Source of the DNA: a virus
Taxonomy: Duplodnaviria > Caudoviricetes
Strand: one strand, 5' to 3'
Virus record (IMG/VR): IMGVR_UViG_3300020050_010116
Span: 1-64,000 of that record
Length of the DNA: 64,000 nucleotides
The notes beneath the pieces are model-generated. The model did not search any database. It was given only the letters and a program-made list of their open reading frames with translations, and was not told the DNA's origin. Made by a program: the position numbers and the translations under genes. Shown in pieces: positions 55,607 through 64,000 of the stretch (positions are counted from its first letter, which is position 1; every line of letters begins with the position of its first letter).

Positions 55607-56588
55607 TAGCCTTTATGTAAAAAAATACACTGTTTCTTTGGAGACTATTAATCACAATTTGCATAAAAATGATAACGAAATAAAAGAAAGCTACTCACCT
55701 CAAGGTACAGAATTAGTTGTTGCAGATATTGAGTACAATGTAGACTCCGTGGGCTTAATAAATAAAGAACTTAATAGTTTTGTAATAAGAGAAAATAATA
55801 CTTTAAGGTTTTTACAAGAAGCTTCTAAAATTAACCCAGATCTGATTGAATTAAATTTTCAGCAATATATCGGTACTACTTTTGCTAACGTGCCTGTTAA
55901 TTTAAAATCTTTACTTACAGAGGGCTTTGTAGATACTCAAAACAATGTTACTTTTAGGCTTTTAGGTCATACGACTGATAGCTTTTATTTTTATGTTGAA
56001 AATGATATAATATATGAATTAACCGGTGATGTGGATTATATTAACGGAGTGATATATAATACAAACATACCTTTAAACGTTTCAGTAAAAGTTTACGGAT
56101 TATTGAATATAACCAAAGTTAATTGTAAAGAATTAGGCCAGCCTTCTTCTAAATATAACAGAAGCTCTTTTTATAGAAAAAAATATAATCTAAACAGTAA
56201 TAAAATTATAATAGATTACGTGACAGATTCAGATGAGTACGTACTAACTGTGCAAAATGATGTGTTTGTATCTCCGTTAAATTTGGCTATTATCATTGAC
56301 GGAGTACTTGTGAATTTAAATAATACAATATACTTACCTAAAGGTATTTACCACATAGCCCAAGCAATCAATACGTCAGCTGAATCTTATTCAGATTTTT
56401 CTAATCTTATTTCTGATATGCAAGGCAGCTACTACGCTGACTTTAGAGAAAGTACGTCGACATCTTACAAAGGCGTACAAACAAATGTTCTGTATAAACC
56501 AAATGCTAACACAGGAATTTCTGTTTATTATATAGATCAAAATACAATAAATGCAACAGAAGAAATTTATTTATACTTCGGAGTTTAA
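55596..56588 (+). CDS. Hypothetical baseplate-region protein
   Basis: The ORF track starts at 55524. ATG 55596 with GGAGG at 55583-55587 is the more likely start. Confidence 0.55.
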   Translation: MFPNSLYVKKYTVSLETINHNLHKNDNEIKESYSPQGTELVVADIEYNVDSVGLINKELNSFVIRENNTLRFLQEASKINPDLIELNFQQYIGTTFANVPVNLKSLLTEGFVDTQNNVTFRLLGHTTDSFYFYVENDIIYELTGDVDYINGVIYNTNIPLNVSVKVYGLLNITKVNCKELGQPSSKYNRSSFYRKKYNLNSNKIIIDYVTDSDEYVLTVQNDVFVSPLNLAIIIDGVLVNLNNTIYLPKGIYHIAQAINTSAESYSDFSNLISDMQGSYYADFRESTSTSYKGVQTNVLYKPNANTGISVYYIDQNTINATEEIYLYFGV

Positions 56589-56590
56589 CT

Positions 56591-59500
56591 ATGGTTGATC
56601 TTTTTAATCACACACCTAGTAGCACAACTACAATAAACCAAGTTAATTTATTAGCAGCAGAAGTTGAAGCAGCTTTTACCTTACTTGAGCAATACTTAAT
56701 CGTGGATAACACTTTTAATTCGTCTTTTACAAGCAGTGTAGGTAACTTAGATACAAACACTTATCTTAAAAACTACCATCCAAGTGGAGGTAAAGTAATA
56801 GGGTTTTCTGAAAATCTTTATTTCCTTACTAATGCTAAGGATGCAGCTTTAAGCCTAGTACCGAGTACTGATATTTCAGATTTAGCTGCTATCACTATAG
56901 CTAACTTAGCTAATCCTTCCACTACCTATACATATAAGACAGACGGTATTATTTTATCAGATTATGATTTTACTATCGTAAATAAAAGAGTAATTTTTAA
57001 AGAAACTCCTGTGGATCAACTAGTTATAACTTATAATGGTTATGCTTATGTAGATGGAACTTCTGGGTATAATCTAAAATATAATTTGTTAGTTATAAAC
57101 GGTAGTACTCAACTCTCTACTACCTATCAAGGCAACTATACGTATGAGGTTTCAGGAACTAATCTCTTAGATTTGTGTTCAGATACGATTAAGGATATTA
57201 TCAATAATAATTTAGAGTTATTACCTTACGTCTCTGTATTTAGTAATAATATCAAATTACCTTTGATTGAAGCAACCTTAAGTAATACATTGTTTACTTT
57301 CAAAACAGATGCTACAATCCCAGAAAATAGTCTGACTGATGTAGTGCTGTTTATTGCAAATACAACTTTAGGGGATTTGATAAAAGGTTTGTATAAGATT
57401 GTGTATAATCACAATCACTCTACTACCGAAGGACTTAACGTAAACCACGGAGATTTACTAGGCTTATTCAATAACACCTCTAATATACAGTACCAAGTGA
57501 CTAGTAAGTTAAATTACGATCACCCTCAGTACTTAAACAGAGAAGGTTATATAGCGGATCCAACCGTCTATAATAACTCTTTTCTAGGTGATTTTCATAT
57601 TGGAAGTTCAGCTTCAACAAATCAGTACAACAACTTGGTAGGTGATTCTAACAAGATTATCTTTGGATCTTTTAGTAACGGTCATAAAGTATATTATGAT
57701 TTTTCTCTAAATAGTCTTGTAATAGATGCAAGCACTGATAAAGACTGTTTAGCTTTAAAGGCAGAAATTAATCATACACTATTGCAATTAAATAATAACT
57801 ATGTGAGTAATCTAAAATTATTAGATGATACAAAATATCTTGAAGTAATGTTAGAAGAAAGCAGAGCAGACTCTAATCTGGGTATTATTAAGTTTGTACG
57901 AAGAGTTGTTGACCCTTTAGATAATACAATTAGTACAGTAGATCAAGCTAAGATTTTTGTTAGATATGCAGAGATAGGATCTGTTACGGTTAAAGAAGAA
58001 CTTAATATTCCAGCTAACTCTAAAATTAGTTATGGTTCCTCTACAAGTTACACCACTAGTTTAAATAATACAACTGGCTATTTGGATTTTAACGGCAGTT
58101 CAGGCGGTATTATTGAATTCAAGCTTCCTACTAAACACGTTAAAGTTGAAGCAGCTACTGTAGTATCTCCTATTATTTTATTGGATAATAATGCGTCAAA
58201 AATTTCGTTTAACAATAACACAGAATCAGTCACTTATGATGGCGTTAAATTAACGTTTAATGTGGCAAACTCACCAAACTTTCGTTTAAATGGGTACAAG
58301 AAAGGCTTAAGTTTAGACAAAAAATATTGGATGTATGTTTCTACACCTACTGGAGAAGCACTGCCTGAGAATAACCTAACTAGCCAGAATCTGTATATCG
58401 AAGCAACTACTAACGGAAGTGTCCACTTTATTAAAAATACAGATAATATTTTTACTGAGGGTGTCACTAATCTAGATGAACTAGAAAAAGCTGATATTTT
58501 TGCTAAGGAAGCAACTTTTACTAATTACAAAGTTGTATACAATCCTTCTACTACTAACGGAGTAAGTTTAGATGATATTAACTCAAACCGTATATTCGCT
58601 GGAAAGGATGTTGATGGAAACATCTCAACAGTATTAAAAACAAATTCGAAAGTTATTGTAGTAAATGCATACACGCCTTCTGCCGTAGGTACTCCTGTAA
58701 TTAACTACGGGGAGTTACTCTTAGGTAAGGTTACAACTAATGGAAACAAAGACACATCTTCAGGTTTTTATGGTAACGTATTTATACCTGTAGACAATAA
58801 ACTTGTTGTTAATGGAACTACGATTTTTACAAATGACATAACATTTAATACTAATGTTAAGGTGACCAATCTACTAACAACAAAAGACATAGAGAGTGAA
58901 AGTATCACCTCTGTTGATATTGAAGTAACAGATACATTATCTACAAAGAATTTAGAAGTATCTGACAATGGTACTACTCGCCTAGGTAAGACTGAAGTAC
59001 GAAAAGACTTGGAGGTGACAGGTGCTATAACTCAGAATAGTGCTACCGCTAGTAACGTACTTAACGGGACTTTAAGGGTTGTTGGCAAGACAGAGTTTTT
59101 ATCTGGTTTAAACGCAAGCAATTCGTTAATCACAGGTTTAATTAACTCTCCTGCACCTTCGGCGGATGAGGCTGTTAGTTTTTCTCTATTACAATCTGAA
59201 GAGAGTAAGTTGTATGACAGAGTACTAACCGAGGTAGATAACAAACTGCAAGACTTTGTTAATACTATCCTTGAAAAAACATTTCCAATGTATAGTTTGT
59301 ATTTTAATGCAGTAGATGATAGAAATCCAGCTATAACTATTGGATTTGGTATCTGGCAAAGAGACTTGGAAGGTAGATCACCTATTGGTGTAATTAAAGA
59401 GTTAGCTTTGATTAATAGTACCGAAGTACCTGAAGATGCTAAGCAAAGCCAAGGCTGGACTTTCGGAGAGTATGCTCACAGCTTAACTTCAGAAGAAAAT

Positions 59501-59710
59501 GGTCCTCACTATCATATTAGTAATGGTATAAACCCTGATAATGACTCTTTAGGTATGAAGAATATTGAACATGTTAATGTATTAAACCAAAATACGTTGT
59601 ACACAGACACAGGAGATTCAAGAACTAGGACAGCTTTGTCTGGAGAAGGCGCTCCTCACAACACAGTACATCCAGTACAAATTGTTAGTATTTGGAAGAG
59701 AATAGGATGA
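56591..59710 (+). CDS. Baseplate/short tail-fibre protein with gp10/gp12-like C-terminal collar domain
   Basis: HNH, DHPQYL and an extended beta-strand shaft. The C-terminus FPMYSLYF...NPAITIGFGIWQR...GEYAHSLT.EE.GPHYH...HNTVHP..IVSIWKRIG is the typical collar/tip pattern. Confidence 0.75.
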   Translation: MVDLFNHTPSSTTTINQVNLLAAEVEAAFTLLEQYLIVDNTFNSSFTSSVGNLDTNTYLKNYHPSGGKVIGFSENLYFLTNAKDAALSLVPSTDISDLAAITIANLANPSTTYTYKTDGIILSDYDFTIVNKRVIFKETPVDQLVITYNGYAYVDGTSGYNLKYNLLVINGSTQLSTTYQGNYTYEVSGTNLLDLCSDTIKDIINNNLELLPYVSVFSNNIKLPLIEATLSNTLFTFKTDATIPENSLTDVVLFIANTTLGDLIKGLYKIVYNHNHSTTEGLNVNHGDLLGLFNNTSNIQYQVTSKLNYDHPQYLNREGYIADPTVYNNSFLGDFHIGSSASTNQYNNLVGDSNKIIFGSFSNGHKVYYDFSLNSLVIDASTDKDCLALKAEINHTLLQLNNNYVSNLKLLDDTKYLEVMLEESRADSNLGIIKFVRRVVDPLDNTISTVDQAKIFVRYAEIGSVTVKEELNIPANSKISYGSSTSYTTSLNNTTGYLDFNGSSGGIIEFKLPTKHVKVEAATVVSPIILLDNNASKISFNNNTESVTYDGVKLTFNVANSPNFRLNGYKKGLSLDKKYWMYVSTPTGEALPENNLTSQNLYIEATTNGSVHFIKNTDNIFTEGVTNLDELEKADIFAKEATFTNYKVVYNPSTTNGVSLDDINSNRIFAGKDVDGNISTVLKTNSKVIVVNAYTPSAVGTPVINYGELLLGKVTTNGNKDTSSGFYGNVFIPVDNKLVVNGTTIFTNDITFNTNVKVTNLLTTKDIESESITSVDIEVTDTLSTKNLEVSDNGTTRLGKTEVRKDLEVTGAITQNSATASNVLNGTLRVVGKTEFLSGLNASNSLITGLINSPAPSADEAVSFSLLQSEESKLYDRVLTEVDNKLQDFVNTILEKTFPMYSLYFNAVDDRNPAITIGFGIWQRDLEGRSPIGVIKELALINSTEVPEDAKQSQGWTFGEYAHSLTSEENGPHYHISNGINPDNDSLGMKNIEHVNVLNQNTLYTDTGDSRTRTALSGEGAPHNTVHPVQIVSIWKRIG

Positions 59711-60921
59711 TTAATAAAAAATACAATATTAATATTTTTAAAAAAATTGCAGAGAGTAATGATGAGATGTCAACACCAGACATCTCTGATTCTTTTAAAA
59801 TTTTAGAAAAACAAATTGTTTTCAGTGATATCAAAAACAAGTCTTTGTGTGTTATTAATGATATAACTTATAATGGTACTAACACAGTTTTAACAAGTAA
59901 CACTTTAGGTATTCTTGCTTCAAATAAAACATATTATTTTAATAATAAATACTATTACTATAAGATGGATATTTCAAGTCTGGTAGCAGCTTATCCTACA
60001 AATTATTTAAGCAAACTAAGTACTACTTTATTGGATTTTCATTTATATGATGAAACAACAATATTGTTAAATACAAAGAGAAGCTATTACAGCATAGGAG
60101 AGGTAGTTCTCTATGTAAAACCTATCCTGCACTTAGGTTTAAATAAAGCATTTAACTACGAACATATTAAAGTTAAACGACTTAAAAATAAATTTAAAGT
60201 CACAATTTCTTCTTCGCTAGAGCACGTGTTTAAACTAGAGACTGAATATCTTTACCAACCTATCCAATGGCACGATTCAATCCGATTTAATGAGAGTGTA
60301 GTTTTGCCTGAACACACTTTTACAATCCAATCAAAAACAGAATTAGAGCTTAAAGATGTAGCTGCCACTTACGTAACTAAAAATTACCCTCTAGGTTCGA
60401 TAGTAATACAACCATACACTAACGTTTACTCTAAAGTAATCTACAACACTTACTATTCTAATCTCTGCTTTCCTGCTGTGATCCCAGCCGCCTACGTATG
60501 CGTAACCGACTCACGTATTTATTTAACAATAGACCCTACCGATTCTAACATCTTATGTAGTTATACGTCAAAAAACGTAGAAGTAAAAACCTACTTAAAT
60601 AAATACAAAAGTAACAGAATATATAAGTACAACAAAGACTTGTTATTTTATTATACAACAACTAGTGACTTCTTTAGTTTAAGGTACGGTAGTTCTTTAT
60701 TTAAAATAAATAAAAACTTAAGTTACAGTAATGCTGATTATTACGTAAACAATATCATTCAAAAAGATATGAGCGTAGATTGGAGTGACATACCAGTAAG
60801 TCCTTCGAGAAATACTACAGGCTTGTTCCCTTCTTACCTAGCAGATATATATCAAGATATATTATCTAGCCCAAATTTAAAATCAGACAATAACAGTAAA
60901 CTCTATGAAGAAGTGACATGA
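59707..60921 (+). CDS. Hypothetical baseplate-region protein
   Basis: ATG 59707 overlaps the upstream TGA (the ORF track starts at 59692). The protein is Y/N-rich. Confidence 0.55.
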   Translation: MINKKYNINIFKKIAESNDEMSTPDISDSFKILEKQIVFSDIKNKSLCVINDITYNGTNTVLTSNTLGILASNKTYYFNNKYYYYKMDISSLVAAYPTNYLSKLSTTLLDFHLYDETTILLNTKRSYYSIGEVVLYVKPILHLGLNKAFNYEHIKVKRLKNKFKVTISSSLEHVFKLETEYLYQPIQWHDSIRFNESVVLPEHTFTIQSKTELELKDVAATYVTKNYPLGSIVIQPYTNVYSKVIYNTYYSNLCFPAVIPAAYVCVTDSRIYLTIDPTDSNILCSYTSKNVEVKTYLNKYKSNRIYKYNKDLLFYYTTTSDFFSLRYGSSLFKINKNLSYSNADYYVNNIIQKDMSVDWSDIPVSPSRNTTGLFPSYLADIYQDILSSPNLKSDNNSKLYEEVT

Positions 60922-62099
60922 CCATACAGAATTATCTAACTGAGAATCAAGATTTATATATTAATAGAAAATTCGACTCAACAAGGTACCCAATAAACTT
61001 TGTTGAGTTAGAACTTCAACTGATGCAAGCAGAGTTGGATTCAATTTATTCTGCTATAAATGAACAGAATCAAAGTACAGCTAAAGCAGCTTTAGAGTTT
61101 CAAGACTTGTATTCAAATATGGTAGCTTCTTTTCAAAAAAAGATAGAGTATATTAAAAATGTATCAGAAATTCTTGGCAAACTTAATATAACTTATGATG
61201 CAAACAATATTTCAGATTTTAAAATAGTTGATTATTTTAATAATGATTTTGAATTAAACTCTAACTCGTATTTAGTTTTACCTAAAGAACCTGTGACTTT
61301 TAAAACTAGCTTTATTGTGTCAGGCGATACTTTGGAAGTTTACAACACTAACAAGTCAGTGCACAATAGTATAAGTATTAAAGGTAATTTTACTGATATT
61401 GACTCGTTTTTAATTACAATATTAAAAACAGATGGTACTGTAATACAAGACACGGTAGACAGTTTTGCTAACAATGTAGTTAATTTTGATCATGAGTTAG
61501 CTAATAGCGTAAGCATTGCCATCAGAGTGTTTTTTAATAATCCGAACCTAAGTACCTTAGACAAACAGGTTATATACAACTCTTTTGTTTTTAACTTATG
61601 TCTTAATAACTATTCTAATTACACAACTTACTCACTACCTAAATTAACACTTAAGGTAGCAGATTACTACGTAATAAGTCAACTAACAAAAATACCAACA
61701 AATACTTTTATAAATTATAATATCTCTGTAGATGATGTAAATTATACAATACCTGTAGGTAACAATGTAGTTTGCAAAAGATTAGACAATTTAAATTATA
61801 AAGAAGTAGCTTCTTTTGTTGGACTGTATGTTAAAGATTTATACACTACAGAGAATCTTGACGAAGCATATCTCAGGGCATTAGATAGAAAAGAAGAAAA
61901 ATTCGTAGTCTATATTAGTAAATTAAAAGATAGTGTTGTCTTAAACAACACGCTAAAATTAATTGATAACTTAGGCTTTAAATACTTAAAATATGCGAAT
62001 CAAAATCTGGATATACGTGTCAACGTAGAGTTATATAGTTTTGACAGCACACTAACACCTCAAATAAAAAATATCATAGGTTACTCTAAAAATGAATAA
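60918..62099 (+). CDS. Hypothetical protein (N-terminal coiled coil, beta-rich remainder)
   Basis: 393-aa coupled ORF. Confidence 0.55.
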   Translation: MTIQNYLTENQDLYINRKFDSTRYPINFVELELQLMQAELDSIYSAINEQNQSTAKAALEFQDLYSNMVASFQKKIEYIKNVSEILGKLNITYDANNISDFKIVDYFNNDFELNSNSYLVLPKEPVTFKTSFIVSGDTLEVYNTNKSVHNSISIKGNFTDIDSFLITILKTDGTVIQDTVDSFANNVVNFDHELANSVSIAIRVFFNNPNLSTLDKQVIYNSFVFNLCLNNYSNYTTYSLPKLTLKVADYYVISQLTKIPTNTFINYNISVDDVNYTIPVGNNVVCKRLDNLNYKEVASFVGLYVKDLYTTENLDEAYLRALDRKEEKFVVYISKLKDSVVLNNTLKLIDNLGFKYLKYANQNLDIRVNVELYSFDSTLTPQIKNIIGYSKNE

Positions 62100-64000
62100 A
62101 TATGAAAAACAAAGTATTGCTTCTTTTATGGACGAATTAGAAAAAAGCACTAACGAGTACGTAGACAAATCTAATACACTAAATACAGAGTTATATCGTA
62201 CTATTGTTGATGTGCAAAAAGAAACTACCCCTCTAGTTAAAAAACTTAGTGTAGTCTCAGATATGCTTTTAGATTTAAAATCAATTACTGGTAACACAAA
62301 AAATACTATTGATTTAACTAAAAATCCTGTAGTTTATTTTAAGGACAATGTTATTATTGACAGCAATAGTTTTAAAATAAGTTCTAGTAAAACACAGGTA
62401 GTTGAGTACACAGTTACTGATTCGTCCATGAGATCTTTCTTGCCTTTTACAATAAAAGACGCAACAGGAAATCTTACGAATAAAACTGAAGCCCTTCTTT
62501 ATAAAAAAGATATGGAGGTGTCTTTTGAGAGAAAAGGCTTCAGTTTTAGTTTAGTACTAAAATATAAATCTAAAGCCTTTATCAATGAATTGATTGTACA
62601 ACTAGGTACAACTTACCGAGGAATGCTGCCTATTTTGTCCTTAAAGTACATTGACGAGAATTTAGTTGATACTCCTATTTACGTCAGCGGTACTTCAAAC
62701 CAAATAGATATTAATTCTAAATTAAATAAAGATAATAAGTATAGCTTTAGTTTCTCTACAATATATACAGATCAGTTAATTTTAGAATTTAGCAGTCCTG
62801 CTCTGTCTTCATTTTATCTCAGTAATGTAGTTACTAATTTTGTATCCTATGCTGATAAAGGAGTTATAATTTGTGGCCCGTATTCCACAAAAGATCCTAT
62901 ACTAAAAGCTAGCATTTCTAGTCAAAATAAAACAAGTAATGTATCTGTCAGTGTCAGTAGCGATTTAAGTTCTTGGATAGAATTGGATGAAATAACATCT
63001 TTAAATCTTACAAATAAAAGCAAGATAGCTTCTTTTAATACCATTAATGAGAAATCCTTTAAAACTGAAGATGATGTGAAATCCTTGTATATTAAATTTG
63101 AATTCACTACTAAAGAAAATGCAATAGCAACAGCGTCTTTAAAAACAATAAAAGAAAGAAATCTAACAACTAGTTCTACAAATATTCCAGAAGATAAATA
63201 TACAACTTACACTAATAAAGAAGCATACGCTAGTTACGGAGTTGTATTTAATAAAAACAATCTTAATACTAACTTAGTACCAGTGTCTTCTTTAGATAAA
63301 ATCAAGGTAAACAATAGAACTATGTTCTTAGGTTTTATTGCGGCACCTTTCTGTGTTAAAATAAATAGCACAGATATAGCTAATGTAACTTATATAAATA
63401 AAGAGAAGAAAGTTGGCTTCGCAGAAGTTTCCGCAACTGACTTAGATCCAGTAAATTACACTATAAGAGATATAAATATCTTAGAAGTTAATAGAACTGT
63501 TGTTGGAGGAAGCAATAAAGATATTGTCTATAAATTAAAAGTACCTGAAGGTCAGTATAAGATAACTACTGACACAGATAGTTTAATTTTAGATTTAAGT
63601 ACTCCTTACACCTATAATACCAGCAGTACTATTTTATTTGTTCCTGATAGTTCGGTAAGAATATTTAACGAGTTGAATCAAGAGTTGTTTTCTATTAGAA
63701 AAGAAGATTTAAAGACAGTTATTTATGAAGGAAGTGCTTACAAATATTTAGACTTAACTGATTATTTATATAATAAAATAATTGTTGAAGGTTTTGTAAG
63801 CACAGTGTTAGGTGAGTATACTGAAATACAAACTAATGAATTTGTATTGATTGACGGGGTGTTATTGTTTAAAGGAGAAGCTGTAGTTAAGTGTCACGAA
63901 TTAGTTAAAACTATTGCAACGTATACCCCAATAATTAGCTACACTAACGGGAATTACTTAAAAAGGATTACCTCAGAATTCACCACATATAATAATGAAA
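62092..64000 (+). CDS. 3'-truncated large hypothetical structural protein (runs off window)
   Basis: ATG 62092 overlaps the upstream stop (MNKYEKQSIASFMDELEK...). The frame was open wherever I translated it, through to the window end. It is not in the ORF track because it has no stop codon. Confidence 0.7.
   Translation, partial: MNKYEKQSIASFMDELEKSTNEYVDKSNTLNTELYRTIVDVQKETTPLVKKLSVVSDMLLDLKSITGNTKNTIDLTKNPVVYFKDNVIIDSNSFKISSSKTQVVEYTVTDSSMRSFLPFTIKDATGNLTNKTEALLYKKDMEVSFERKGFSFSLVLKYKSKAFINELIVQLGTTYRGMLPILSLKYIDENLVDTPIYVSGTSNQIDINSKLNKDNKYSFSFSTIYTDQLILEFSSPALSSFYLSNVVTNFVSYADKGVIICGPYSTKDPILKASISSQNKTSNVSVSVSSDLSSWIELDEITSLNLTNKSKIASFNTINEKSFKTEDDVKSLYIKFEFTTKENAIATASLKTIKERNLTTSSTNIPEDKYTTYTNKEAYASYGVVFNKNNLNTNLVPVSSLDKIKVNNRTMFLGFIAAPFCVKINSTDIANVTYINKEKKVGFAEVSATDLDPVNYTIRDINILEVNRTVVGGSNKDIVYKLKVPEGQYKITTDTDSLILDLSTPYTYNTSSTILFVPDSSVRIFNELNQELFSIRKEDLKTVIYEGSAYKYLDLTDYLYNKIIVEGFVSTVLGEYTEIQTNEFVLIDGVLLFKGEAVVKCHELVKTIATYTPIISYTNGNYLKRITSEFTTYNNE

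Noticed and set aside
3481-63107. Short minus-strand and alternate-frame ORFs in the track (e.g. 3481-3834, 9200-9433, 15607-15879, 37119-37463, 49128-49475)
   Set aside because: All lie within long, motif-bearing + strand genes and show no recognisable motifs. They are best explained as shadow ORFs.
1-64000. tRNA, rRNA or structured ncRNA genes, group I/II introns
   Set aside because: Intergenic gaps are almost all under about 70 nt, and no cloverleaf or intron-like interruption of a conserved gene was seen.

Overview
The window is the virion morphogenesis cluster of an AT-rich (about 30-35% GC by spot counts) large or jumbo myovirus, with essentially all genes on the + strand. It opens with a foreign-looking, higher-GC tail-fibre cassette (1-1733) whose junction carries broken genes. 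Next come a lysis block (TIGR02594-type NlpC/P60 hydrolase plus a lysozyme lacking its catalytic triad), a mini-intein-containing Zn-finger protein and a gp4/TnsA-like nuclease. Four large basic, Gly/Ala-rich proteins follow, carrying tandem caspase-like His/Cys domains, a DEDDh exonuclease and membrane segments. The head and tail genes are then a degenerate terminase-ATPase paralog, TerL, portal, prohead protease/scaffold, decoration protein, major capsid protein, neck, sheath, tube, chaperones, two giant tail-module proteins, a 2360-aa hub/lysin and baseplate/fibre genes running off the end. The most notable signal is ORF 37484-42664, next to the thermonuclease-bearing tape-measure protein. 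It carries, in the correct order, recognisable counterparts of the beta and beta' catalytic motifs of two-barrel RNA polymerases (including DYDQD and a trigger-loop His), between two hydrophobic segments. It is a candidate single-chain virion RNA polymerase, possibly part of an injected payload with the nucleases and proteases. No tRNA, rRNA or CRISPR array was seen. All family assignments come from motif recognition by eye; no database search was run.
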